A stretch of 64,000 bases of DNA from an uncultured Anaerolineaceae bacterium. Lineage in GTDB: Bacteria; Chloroflexota; Anaerolineae; Anaerolineales; UBA4823. The notes under the pieces were generated by a model. It was not told where the DNA came from. It saw only the letters and a list, made by a program, of their open reading frames with translations, and made no database searches. The stretch is taken from assembly GCA_964463505.1 (NCBI GenBank), contig CAYXDC010000002.1, forward strand, positions 28,452 through 92,451, in the 5' to 3' direction. How positions within the stretch are numbered: the first letter of the stretch is position 1; the number at the start of each line of letters is the position of its first letter. Below are positions 45,435-54,036 of the stretch, piece after piece. A program made the position numbers and the translations under genes.

Positions 45435-45973
45435 TCAACGGCAAAGGAATGCGCTTGCGGGCCCCAACGCGTGCCGATCTGCAGCTATTTGTGGCCTGGC
45501 TGAATGATCCTGAAGTGACGGCCGGTTTACTGGTTTCGTTGCCCATGTCTTTAGAAGACGAAGAGACTTGGTTCACCAATATGCTCAATCGCCCGATCGA
45601 ACAACATCCGCTGGTCATCGAAATTCAGCAAGGTGATGATTGGGTGCCTGTCGGAAACTGCGGAGTTCATAATATCGATTGGCGGGCGCGTTCTGCGGAA
45701 GTTGGTATCTTCATCGGTGAAAAATCACTCTGGAACCAAGGGTTTGGCAGCGATGCGATGCGCTTGCTGCTGGAGCATGGATTTAAGACACTAAATTTGA
45801 ACCGCATTGCTCTGGACGTCTATGAAACAAACCCACGCGCAATTCGATCTTATGAAAAGGTTGGGTTTGTGCACGAAGGGCGCAAACGTCAGGGGATGTA
45901 CAAGAATGGCCAATACATAGATATCCTGATCATGAGTGTTCTGCGAAGCGAGTGGGAGGAGGCTCAGGCGTGA
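45431..45973 (+). CDS. GNAT family N-acetyltransferase (RimJ/RimL-like)
   Basis: 'AEVGIFIGEKSLWNQGFGSDAM', 'LNLNRIALDVYETNPRAIRSYEKVGFVHEG'. Confidence 0.92.
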   Translation: MINGKGMRLRAPTRADLQLFVAWLNDPEVTAGLLVSLPMSLEDEETWFTNMLNRPIEQHPLVIEIQQGDDWVPVGNCGVHNIDWRARSAEVGIFIGEKSLWNQGFGSDAMRLLLEHGFKTLNLNRIALDVYETNPRAIRSYEKVGFVHEGRKRQGMYKNGQYIDILIMSVLRSEWEEAQA

Positions 45974-46962
45974 CATCACATCATATCTATCGGGATTGCG
46001 GAATGTACGGAGATATCCATCTATTTGCAGGCACTGGCTCTCCTGAGCTGGCGCAGTCAATTGCATCCTATCTGGGGATTACTCCCAGCGGACGTGATGT
46101 GATCCAATTTGCGAACGAAAATTTGTTCGTCCGCTTGCACCAGAGTGTGCGCGGTCAAGATGTTTACGTGGTTCAGACGACTAGCGCGCCGGTGCATCGT
46201 AATCTGATGGAATTGCTGATCATGTTACAGACTCTGCGACTGGATTCGGCTGCCCGGGTCACAGCAGTGATCCCGTATTTAGCTTATGCTCGCTCGGATA
46301 AAAAAGACAAACCGCGCGTACCCATCACAGCGCGTTTGGTGGCAGACATGATCGAAGTGGCCGGGGCTGACCGGTATATGACGTTGGATTTACATGCCGG
46401 GCAGATCCAGGGATTCTTTTCGATCCCTGGCGATGTCCTGACCGCTTTCCATATCCTGACCAAGTATGTGGAAACCTTTCTTCCCGGCCTTTATGATCCG
46501 GTGGTAGTAGCAGCCGACCTGGGTTTTGCGAAGAAAGGGCGCAATTTTGCGGCCCAGATTGGGGTACCGATCGCCTTTGTGGAGAAACGTCGTGCTGGAG
46601 CAGATGCCCACGCCGAAGCGCTGTCGCTGATCGGTTCGGTGGCAAACCGTGACGTGATCATTGTGGATGATGAAGTCGACACGGCAGGCTCAATGGTGCA
46701 GGCGGTGCAGTTGGTTAAGCGGGAGGGCGCACGACGGGTGTTTATGGTATTTGTGCATCCTATCTTTTCAGGTCCAGCAGCCGAGCGCCTCTCGAGTATT
46801 CCCGTGGAAGAGATCATCACCACCGATACAGTCCCTGTTTCCGCTGAAAAGCGAGCGCTGATCGGTGACAAGTTAAAAATCCTTTCTATAGCCCCTTTAT
46901 TGGGTGAGGTGATGCTGCGCGCCCATGAAGGACGTAGCGTGGGCGAAATGTTCCACGAATAG
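45970..46962 (+). CDS. prs: Ribose-phosphate pyrophosphokinase
   Basis: FANENLFVR, IPYLAYARSDKK, DLHAGQIQGFF, EKRR, VIIVDDEVDTAGS. Start GTG 45970 or ATG 46003. Confidence 0.95.
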   Translation: MTSHHIYRDCGMYGDIHLFAGTGSPELAQSIASYLGITPSGRDVIQFANENLFVRLHQSVRGQDVYVVQTTSAPVHRNLMELLIMLQTLRLDSAARVTAVIPYLAYARSDKKDKPRVPITARLVADMIEVAGADRYMTLDLHAGQIQGFFSIPGDVLTAFHILTKYVETFLPGLYDPVVVAADLGFAKKGRNFAAQIGVPIAFVEKRRAGADAHAEALSLIGSVANRDVIIVDDEVDTAGSMVQAVQLVKREGARRVFMVFVHPIFSGPAAERLSSIPVEEIITTDTVPVSAEKRALIGDKLKILSIAPLLGEVMLRAHEGRSVGEMFHE

Positions 46963-46968
46963 GTAAAC

Positions 46969-47802
46969 ATGCCAGAGCTTCCTGAAGTTGAGACCATAGC
47001 CAGGTTCTTGCGCCAGGGAAATGCAGACCAGCCGGGGATCCTGGGACGCAAAGTTGCTGCAGCGCAGGTACTGTGGGCGCGTACTGTAGCCGAACCGGAT
47101 GTGTCAACTTTTCAGGAACGCTTAACCGGGAAGGCAATCCAGAGCATTGGCCGGCGGGGGAAATATCTGCTCTTGAGTCTCACTCAGGATACATTGCTCA
47201 TTCACCTGCGCATGAGCGGTGATCTTATCGTTGAGCCACAGAATCAGGCGCTTGCGCCTCACCACCGCGCTACACTGGAGTTTGAGGATGGATGGCGCCT
47301 GGCTTTTAACGACGCCCGCAAATTTGGGCGTATGTGGCTGGTGGCTGATCCTCAAATTGTGCTGGGCAATCTTGGACCTGAGCCTTTTGATAGGTCATTA
47401 GAAGGCGAGGGGTTTTATAATCGAGTAAGCAGCTTCCGCAGACAATTGAAACCGCTTTTAATGGACCAACATTTTTTGGCAGGCTTAGGAAATATATATA
47501 CCGATGAAGCCTTGCACCTTGCCAGGCTGCATCCATTGACGATTTCCAGCTCTCTTACCCTGCAGCAATCCAACCTTCTTTTGGATAGTATTCGCCAGGT
47601 GTTGAAGGATGGAATTGAGCGCCATGGTACGAGTATTGATTGGGTCTATCGCGGGGGAGATTACCAGCGGTATCTTCGAGTATACCAGCGCACTGGTGAG
47701 CCATGCCTGGTTTGTGGTGCGCCGGTTGAACGTCTGGTGGTCGGGCAGCGTGGCACACATTACTGCCCATCTTGCCAGGTGCTGTCTGCTTTAACCTCGT
47801 GA
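46969..47802 (+). CDS. mutM: Formamidopyrimidine-DNA glycosylase (Fpg)
   Basis: MPELPEVET, RRGKYLL, HLRMSG, DARKFG, GLGNIYTDE, C4 zinc finger CLVC...CPSCQ. Confidence 0.97.
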   Translation: MPELPEVETIARFLRQGNADQPGILGRKVAAAQVLWARTVAEPDVSTFQERLTGKAIQSIGRRGKYLLLSLTQDTLLIHLRMSGDLIVEPQNQALAPHHRATLEFEDGWRLAFNDARKFGRMWLVADPQIVLGNLGPEPFDRSLEGEGFYNRVSSFRRQLKPLLMDQHFLAGLGNIYTDEALHLARLHPLTISSSLTLQQSNLLLDSIRQVLKDGIERHGTSIDWVYRGGDYQRYLRVYQRTGEPCLVCGAPVERLVVGQRGTHYCPSCQVLSALTS

Positions 47803-47811
47803 GGGATAACC

Positions 47812-48462
47812 ATGTCAGAACTACAACTCCTCCTACTGGTTGCTTTTATTGCCCTTGCGGCTGGGACAGCCATCGGGGCTTTGCTTTTTAGTGGTCGCAG
47901 CGCTCCAGCGAGTAAGCCCAGCGAGATTCCCAAGGAAACCCTCCGGGTCGACCTATTACGAGTGTGGCGCGATCCAGTTCGCTTGCGCCTGGTAGTCGGG
48001 CTGAAAGGCGAGCAGGCGAGTGCGCCAGCTGAGCTTTCGCCTGGGGCACTGGATTCTTTGCGCAGCACCCTGGAAGAACTTAATAACTGGTCTGGCATCC
48101 ACCAAGCTCATGAGCAAACCCCTGAGCCACTTCCCGTTCCACTGACACCCCTGACCAGCGACGGCAAACCCGCGCGCATTGGCCCAGCAGACGTCATTTC
48201 CCGGGCGATACGGGCGGATGCACGCAAACCAGAGCCGTCCTTGCCCAGTATCGCGGCTCAGATTGATGAAATATTGCAGGAAAAACTGGCTGCTGATCAG
48301 TCGATCAAGCGAGCCATACGCCTGATGGAAATCCCGGGTAAAGGTATGGTGGTAATGGTGGGTTTAGACCAGTTTGCAGGTGTGGATGAAGTTCCTGATG
48401 CAGATGTGCGTGCGTTGATCCGCGAGTCGGTAGAGGAATGGGAACGCCGCGTCGAAAGTTAA
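47812..48462 (+). CDS. Hypothetical protein with an N-terminal membrane anchor
   Basis: Hydrophobic first 27 aa, Pro-rich linker, helical C-terminus; co-oriented 9 nt after mutM with SD GAGGG. Confidence 0.7.
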   Translation: MSELQLLLLVAFIALAAGTAIGALLFSGRSAPASKPSEIPKETLRVDLLRVWRDPVRLRLVVGLKGEQASAPAELSPGALDSLRSTLEELNNWSGIHQAHEQTPEPLPVPLTPLTSDGKPARIGPADVISRAIRADARKPEPSLPSIAAQIDEILQEKLAADQSIKRAIRLMEIPGKGMVVMVGLDQFAGVDEVPDADVRALIRESVEEWERRVES

Positions 48463-48504
48463 CAGTGCACTTGTTCCATACATCCATTGGCTGACTGAGC
48501 TGAG

Positions 48505-49545
48505 TTAGCGCGCAGGAAAACTTGCCTCCAACTCGCTCACCAGAGCCGCTTTTTCGTCAGCAGGCAAAAAAGCAGCCCGAGCAGCAGCCAGAACACAGCT
48601 TTTTAGCTGAGGGAGTGACAGCCCCAACTCTTCGCAAGCGCGGCGATACTCATCGCTTAGGCAGATTTGCGAGATGCTGGGGTCGTCTGTATTAATGGTG
48701 ACATTTAAGCCAAGCGCAAGCATACGCGCCAATGGGTGAGCATTTTGCGCCGGAACCACTCCCGACTGGTAATTACTGGTGATGCAGACTTCAAATGGTA
48801 TCTGGCGCTCGCGAGCCAGTGAAGTTGCCTGGGGATCTTCAAGTACGCGTACACCGTGACCAATGCGTTGGGCGCCAAGCTGGGTAATAGCTTCACTTAC
48901 ATTGCCGGCTCCGCCCCATTCCCCGGCGTGCAGAGTGATCTGTAAACCAGCCTGGCGCGCTTCCTTGATTACATCTGCAAAAAGCAAAGCAGAAAAATCA
49001 GCTTCGTTGCCGGCCAGATCTAACCCTACTAATCCATCGGAGATGCGTTCAGCAGCCAGACGGGCTACTTGCGTAGCCAGCTCTGGGCTTTCATGACGGT
49101 TGACATTGGCGATCAGGCGGGTTTTGATCCCCAGTTCTCCCGAGGCGGCCTGACTGGCCTGGATAACCCAGTCAATTACATCGCGCAGGGGAAAACTCTC
49201 CGCACGACCCAGGGCGACCGGGGTAAAGCGTAGTTCCAAATAACGCACATTGTCTGCCGCAGCATCGGCAATGGCTTCGCGGGTAATGCGCTCGATAATC
49301 TCTGGCGATCGATAGAACAGGCGCAAGGTTTGGAACTTTGAAAGAAAATTGACGAACGTAAACGGTTCAGTTGGGCTGATTTGCACCAGATCGCGCAGCT
49401 GGCTTGTGCCAGGCAGGTCCATCCCCAGGGCGCGACCAACTTCCAACATGGTGCGCAAGCGCAAGGAGCCTTCCAGATGACGATGCAGATCAACTTTAGG
49501 CAGTGAGGCGTAGAAGCTGGCGGGACGTGGGGTGGTAGTTGGCAA
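48505..49545 (-). CDS. add: Adenosine deaminase
   Basis: DLHRHLEG, YLELRFTP, GLDLAGNE, TLHAGE, RIGHG, NTDDP. Confidence 0.93.
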   Translation of the reverse strand: MPTTTPRPASFYASLPKVDLHRHLEGSLRLRTMLEVGRALGMDLPGTSQLRDLVQISPTEPFTFVNFLSKFQTLRLFYRSPEIIERITREAIADAAADNVRYLELRFTPVALGRAESFPLRDVIDWVIQASQAASGELGIKTRLIANVNRHESPELATQVARLAAERISDGLVGLDLAGNEADFSALLFADVIKEARQAGLQITLHAGEWGGAGNVSEAITQLGAQRIGHGVRVLEDPQATSLARERQIPFEVCITSNYQSGVVPAQNAHPLARMLALGLNVTINTDDPSISQICLSDEYRRACEELGLSLPQLKSCVLAAARAAFLPADEKAALVSELEASFPAR

Positions 49546-49590
49546 GTTGGCTCTCCAGAATTTTATAAAAAGAGTTCTGAACTATCTGCG

Positions 49591-52500
49591 CTACTTACGC
49601 CGCCGCCTGCGCTTCTTGGCGTTTGAGCTACTGTGGGTTGTGGGTTGCGCCATGCCGGCAGGCGCCGCGTCCGGGCGCTCTTGATCAGCGCCGTTATCAT
49701 CGCCGGTATCGTCCCCGATAGCTGTATCCTCTTCCTGCTCGCTATCTTCAGCCGCTACAAGGTTATCTGTATCCTCCCGGCTGGATTGAGCGGTAGTTAG
49801 GCGCGGGCGGTAAGTGAACATACGGGTTACCACACCCAGGCGCATATTGTCCAATAACTCTTGGAAAAGCTCAAAAGCCTTGTTTTTATACTGTACCAGA
49901 GGGTCGCGTTGCGCATAGGCTTCCAGGCCAATCGAGACGCGCAAGGCTTCCATCTGAGTTAAGTAATCTACCCACAACTCGGTGATAACGCTTAACAGGA
50001 GCTGGCGATAGATGATGGTAAGGGTGCGCCGGCCGAGAATATCTATCAGGCTTTGTTGAGCATCTAAAGGCAGGTTACCAAGCTGTGTGCCAGACAGGGC
50101 GAGGGTTTGTTCCTCCCCAAGAGCGCGTTGGATAGAAGCCTGCAGGTTTTCTTCCAGACTGTTAATCGTTTGCCCACTCAGGCGTTGGAACTCATAAATT
50201 CCCCAGGAGCGCCGCACCGTTTCTTCAGCTTTTTCCAGGTGGGCCAGCACGTCGGCTGTGATTTCCTCTGGGTCAAGATCTTTGATCAGTTGAGCGGCAT
50301 AATAGTTGTAGATCAAGCGCGTGGTACGCGTCCACACCCGACGGTGGGTTTTCTTGTCAAAGCTGGCGCGTTGGCCCTCGGTGAGAGTTACCAGCAGGTA
50401 GATCAGGTGATTGCGCTGCAGGGGTCCGTTCAGACGGGCCAGTGTGCTATCCAGATGCTTGACAATCGCTCCCTGGTCGCCCAGGTAACGTTCCTGACGG
50501 CGCTCAAATACCTGGTTGATACTCTCCAGGATGCGTTCGCCAACGGTATCCCAATCCTCCTGGGCCAGGCGAGTCGAGTCGATTTCCAGACTTTCTTCAA
50601 GACGCCGCTCAACTGCCCCAACCAGCCGAATAATTGCCTGTTGGGTTAACAACGCTTCGACCTGTTCGGATACAATCCCCTCAACCGCGCGCGGGTCATC
50701 GCGCAAGGCGCGCTGCTGTTCCGGCGTGAGACGCAGAGACAGGTGCAACATACCGGAAAGCTCATTAGCTAGGTCAACCGGTTTACGGGTATCGGTTTCA
50801 TCCGCTAGGCGTATTCCCTCAAAAAAAGTATCCACCAGTTCCAGGCGTTCTTTGATTTGATCCTTGAGGCGGTCTTCATTCTGGTTATGCAGACTACTCA
50901 CGGTGCTGACGAGGTGGTTTTGTTCGCTGGCGATGGCGGCCTGGATCACCTGCAGCAGCACGCGCCGTCCTTCTTGGAGGGGAATAGCTTGTCCACTTTC
51001 GTCAGTAGCGCCTGAAGCTCTGGCTGAATTGAGAACGGCATCCGCCAGGAGCTTCAGGGTATAGGAAGGGACCAGAAGTCCGCCGATATTCAATGGCGGC
51101 TGAATTTGATCCAGCCAGGAAAGCAGCTTCCAGGGACCTTCCGCCTCGTCGAGCGCTTCGGGTACGCGCCGGTTTACCTCCGCGCGCAGCATGTCGGTTA
51201 CATCTTCGCTCAGATCATCTTTGGTAAAGATGCGATTGCGCTGGGCGTAGATCTTCGCACGTTGCATGTTCAGTACGTCGTCATATTCCAATAGATGTTT
51301 ACGAACATCAAAATTGGCGCCTTCAACCCTAGATTGGGATTGCTCGACAATGCGTGAGACCAGACCTACTTCGAGAGGCAGGGCATCGTCAATTTTTAGG
51401 CGCTGCATCAGGCTGTCGGCTTGCGAACCGCCAAACATGCGCATCAGTTCATCTTCCATAGAGAGGTAGAAGCGGGATGATCCTGGATCACCCTGCCGGG
51501 CGGCGCGGCCGCGCAACTGGTTGTCGATACGCCTTGCTTCATGGCGCTCGGAGCCGATCACATGCAGACCGCCCAGCTCACGCACCCGCTCCATATCCTG
51601 CATATGTTGCATGAAGAATTGGACTTCTGAGCCATAAATACCATACTCGGCAGGGTCCATGGCTTGCAGAGCTGTACGACGTTGCTCCATGGTCATGTTG
51701 TAGGGATCATCGTATCCGGCGCGACTCAATAACCGATTGGTCGCCGTCAAAATCTCCTCCGCTAGCTCTCCGCCCAACTTGATGTCTACACCACGCCCGG
51801 CCATATTGGTGGCGATGGTCACAGCGCCAAATGCTCCCGCCCCGGCAATTATCTGGCTTTCTTCAGTATGTTTGCGCGCGTTAAGCACCTCATGCGGTAT
51901 CCCAGATTTAAGATCAGTTATTAAACGCTCGGGATCAGCCTCGGGGATGTTCAAGTGGCTCAGCAACTTGTGAATATTTTCCTGGTCCTCAGGATTGAAG
52001 GACATGCCCAGGTCACGGGCCATCTTGCGCATGGCGCTTATATCCAGGTCTTCAATGGGCTGGTTTAAATACTGCAGCTCTTCGATCAAGCGTCCATCTT
52101 CTTCGCGGTGATTGGCGGTAAGCCAGGCCTGGCGCAGTAAAAACGTGAGCGCCATGCGGCGTAGCGGTTCAGCCCTAAGGCGATTGGATACCTTCTCGGA
52201 AAGCTCTACCGAAGTCGTACCCACCAACAACGGGCGTCCAAGTACGTGGTAGCGTAGAATTTCTCGGGCGATGGTGCGCAGTTTGGCTTCCTGGCTACGA
52301 TACACTACATCGGGATAGTCTTGGCGTTTGAAATACAGTGGTTGTTTAGCGGGGTCGTTGGCACGCGAGTAATAGGTATATTTATAACCTTCATCATCGC
52401 GCGCTTCGATTGTGGTCAGGCTAAGCTCAGGGCGCTGGGCCTGATATTCCAGGTTGGTGGGGATCGCCAGAACTTCCAGCTTGTAGATTTTGTCGAATTC

Positions 52501-53736
52501 TTCTGCCTCTGTGATGGCAGTACCGGTCATACCTGCCAGCTTTTCGTACATACGGAAGTAATTCTGGATGGTGATGGTGGCATAAGTCACCGATTCACTC
52601 TGCACTTTAGCGCCTTCTTTAGCTTCCACAGCCTGGTGTAAGCCGTCCGACCAGCGCCGCCCGGGCATTAAGCGCCCGGTGAACTCGTCGATGATCACTA
52701 CTTTGCCGGCTTGAACCAGATAATCTTTGTTGCGCTTGAACAGGAACTGGGCGCGTAAGGCTTGCTCCAGATAACCGATTAAGCGCGCTTGCTCCAGGGT
52801 CACATCTTCAGGGCGGTCTGGATCACGCAGCGGCATACCGATCAGTTCCTCGGCATGTAATTCACCGATTTCGGTAAGAGTCACGTTGCGGTCGCGCTCG
52901 TTGACCTCGTAGTCCTCGGGGCGCAGACTGCGCACAACTTGCGCCATACGCACATACCATTCACCCTCATCCTGGGCTGGTCCAGAAATAATCAATGGAG
53001 TGCGCGCTTCATCAATTAAGACATTGTCGACCTCATCGATGATTGCGAAATAGTGCTCACGCTGCACGCGATCCTCAATGTGCATGGTCATGTTATCGCG
53101 CAGGTAATCAAAGCCAAATTCACTGTTGGTACCGTAGGTGATATCTGCCTGGTAGGCTTCCCGGCGGGGGACCATCTGTAATTGGTGTTGATCTTCGTGT
53201 GGCGAGGTGTGCTCCAGATCCACCAGGAAAGCTTTTTTCCCGTTCTCTGTGCGGGCAGCCATCTGCAATACACCCACACTCATGCCCAGAAGATTGTAAA
53301 TAGGAGCCATCCAGCGTGCATCGCGGCGGGCAAGGTAGTCGTTCACGGTGATCAGATGCACGCCTTGTCCAGTGAGCGCGTTCAGATACACAGGCAAGGT
53401 CGCTACCAGGGTTTTGCCTTCCCCGGTGCGCATCTCGGCAATCGTGCCCTGGTGCAAGGCGATGCCGCCAATCAATTGGACATCGTAATGACGCTGACCC
53501 AGAGTACGTTTGCTGGCCTCGCGAACGACAGCGAAAGCTTCCGGAAGCAGGTCGTTCAGGTTTTCGCCTTCACTTAAGCGAGCACGAAATTCAACGGTTT
53601 TATGGGCCAGTTCTGCCGGGCTCAAAGCCTCAATTTCATTCTCCAGGTCGTTGATCTGATCAACAACCTGAGAAAACTTGTCAATGGAGCGTTGGTTGGG
53701 GTCGCCACCAAACAGGCGTACAAATTTCTTTAGCAT
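49591..53736 (-). CDS. secA: Protein translocase subunit SecA (unusually long, about 1381 aa)
   Basis: RHYDVQLIGG, EMRTGEGKT, DEVDNVLIDEARTPLIISG, GRRWSDGLHQAVEAKE, GMTGTA, ATNMAGRGVDI, RRIDNQLRGRAARQGDPG, YAQRDPLVQY. Confidence 0.97.
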   Translation of the reverse strand: MLKKFVRLFGGDPNQRSIDKFSQVVDQINDLENEIEALSPAELAHKTVEFRARLSEGENLNDLLPEAFAVVREASKRTLGQRHYDVQLIGGIALHQGTIAEMRTGEGKTLVATLPVYLNALTGQGVHLITVNDYLARRDARWMAPIYNLLGMSVGVLQMAARTENGKKAFLVDLEHTSPHEDQHQLQMVPRREAYQADITYGTNSEFGFDYLRDNMTMHIEDRVQREHYFAIIDEVDNVLIDEARTPLIISGPAQDEGEWYVRMAQVVRSLRPEDYEVNERDRNVTLTEIGELHAEELIGMPLRDPDRPEDVTLEQARLIGYLEQALRAQFLFKRNKDYLVQAGKVVIIDEFTGRLMPGRRWSDGLHQAVEAKEGAKVQSESVTYATITIQNYFRMYEKLAGMTGTAITEAEEFDKIYKLEVLAIPTNLEYQAQRPELSLTTIEARDDEGYKYTYYSRANDPAKQPLYFKRQDYPDVVYRSQEAKLRTIAREILRYHVLGRPLLVGTTSVELSEKVSNRLRAEPLRRMALTFLLRQAWLTANHREEDGRLIEELQYLNQPIEDLDISAMRKMARDLGMSFNPEDQENIHKLLSHLNIPEADPERLITDLKSGIPHEVLNARKHTEESQIIAGAGAFGAVTIATNMAGRGVDIKLGGELAEEILTATNRLLSRAGYDDPYNMTMEQRRTALQAMDPAEYGIYGSEVQFFMQHMQDMERVRELGGLHVIGSERHEARRIDNQLRGRAARQGDPGSSRFYLSMEDELMRMFGGSQADSLMQRLKIDDALPLEVGLVSRIVEQSQSRVEGANFDVRKHLLEYDDVLNMQRAKIYAQRNRIFTKDDLSEDVTDMLRAEVNRRVPEALDEAEGPWKLLSWLDQIQPPLNIGGLLVPSYTLKLLADAVLNSARASGATDESGQAIPLQEGRRVLLQVIQAAIASEQNHLVSTVSSLHNQNEDRLKDQIKERLELVDTFFEGIRLADETDTRKPVDLANELSGMLHLSLRLTPEQQRALRDDPRAVEGIVSEQVEALLTQQAIIRLVGAVERRLEESLEIDSTRLAQEDWDTVGERILESINQVFERRQERYLGDQGAIVKHLDSTLARLNGPLQRNHLIYLLVTLTEGQRASFDKKTHRRVWTRTTRLIYNYYAAQLIKDLDPEEITADVLAHLEKAEETVRRSWGIYEFQRLSGQTINSLEENLQASIQRALGEEQTLALSGTQLGNLPLDAQQSLIDILGRRTLTIIYRQLLLSVITELWVDYLTQMEALRVSIGLEAYAQRDPLVQYKNKAFELFQELLDNMRLGVVTRMFTYRPRLTTAQSSREDTDNLVAAEDSEQEEDTAIGDDTGDDNGADQERPDAAPAGMAQPTTHSSSNAKKRRRRRK

Positions 53737-53757
53737 AAAATGCAACCTTTCGGGGCG

Positions 53758-53766
53758 ATTATAGCA
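53758..53766 (-). promoter_or_regulatory. Extended -10 promoter TGCTATAAT for secA
   Basis: Plus-strand ATTATAGCA at 53758-53766, 22 nt upstream of the secA ATG. Confidence 0.55.
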
Positions 53767-53885
53767 TAGTGAGTTTAAAAATAGCTGAGAGGCTCGAACA
53801 GGTCACTCGAAGAGGAGAGTGGGCAATCATCTGGAAATATTAATCTTAAAGAATTCCAGCGCCTTGGGTTCCATACAGGGTGCCG

Positions 53886-53894
53886 TGCTATAAT
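53886..53894 (+). promoter_or_regulatory. Extended -10 promoter TGCTATAAT for dnaE
   Basis: TGCTATAAT at 53886-53894, about 140 nt upstream of the dnaE ATG. Confidence 0.5.
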
Positions 53895-54036
53895 CAATAT
53901 TGCTCGCTCATAGTTTATTGTTTACGCATAGTCCGAGCTGTTTTGTGGTCATTCCTTTTGGGGGTTGTCATACTTGGCGGTGGACTGGCAGCCTGATCTC
54001 CACCGCATTAGATCTAGAATATGAGGCTGGTTGTTC

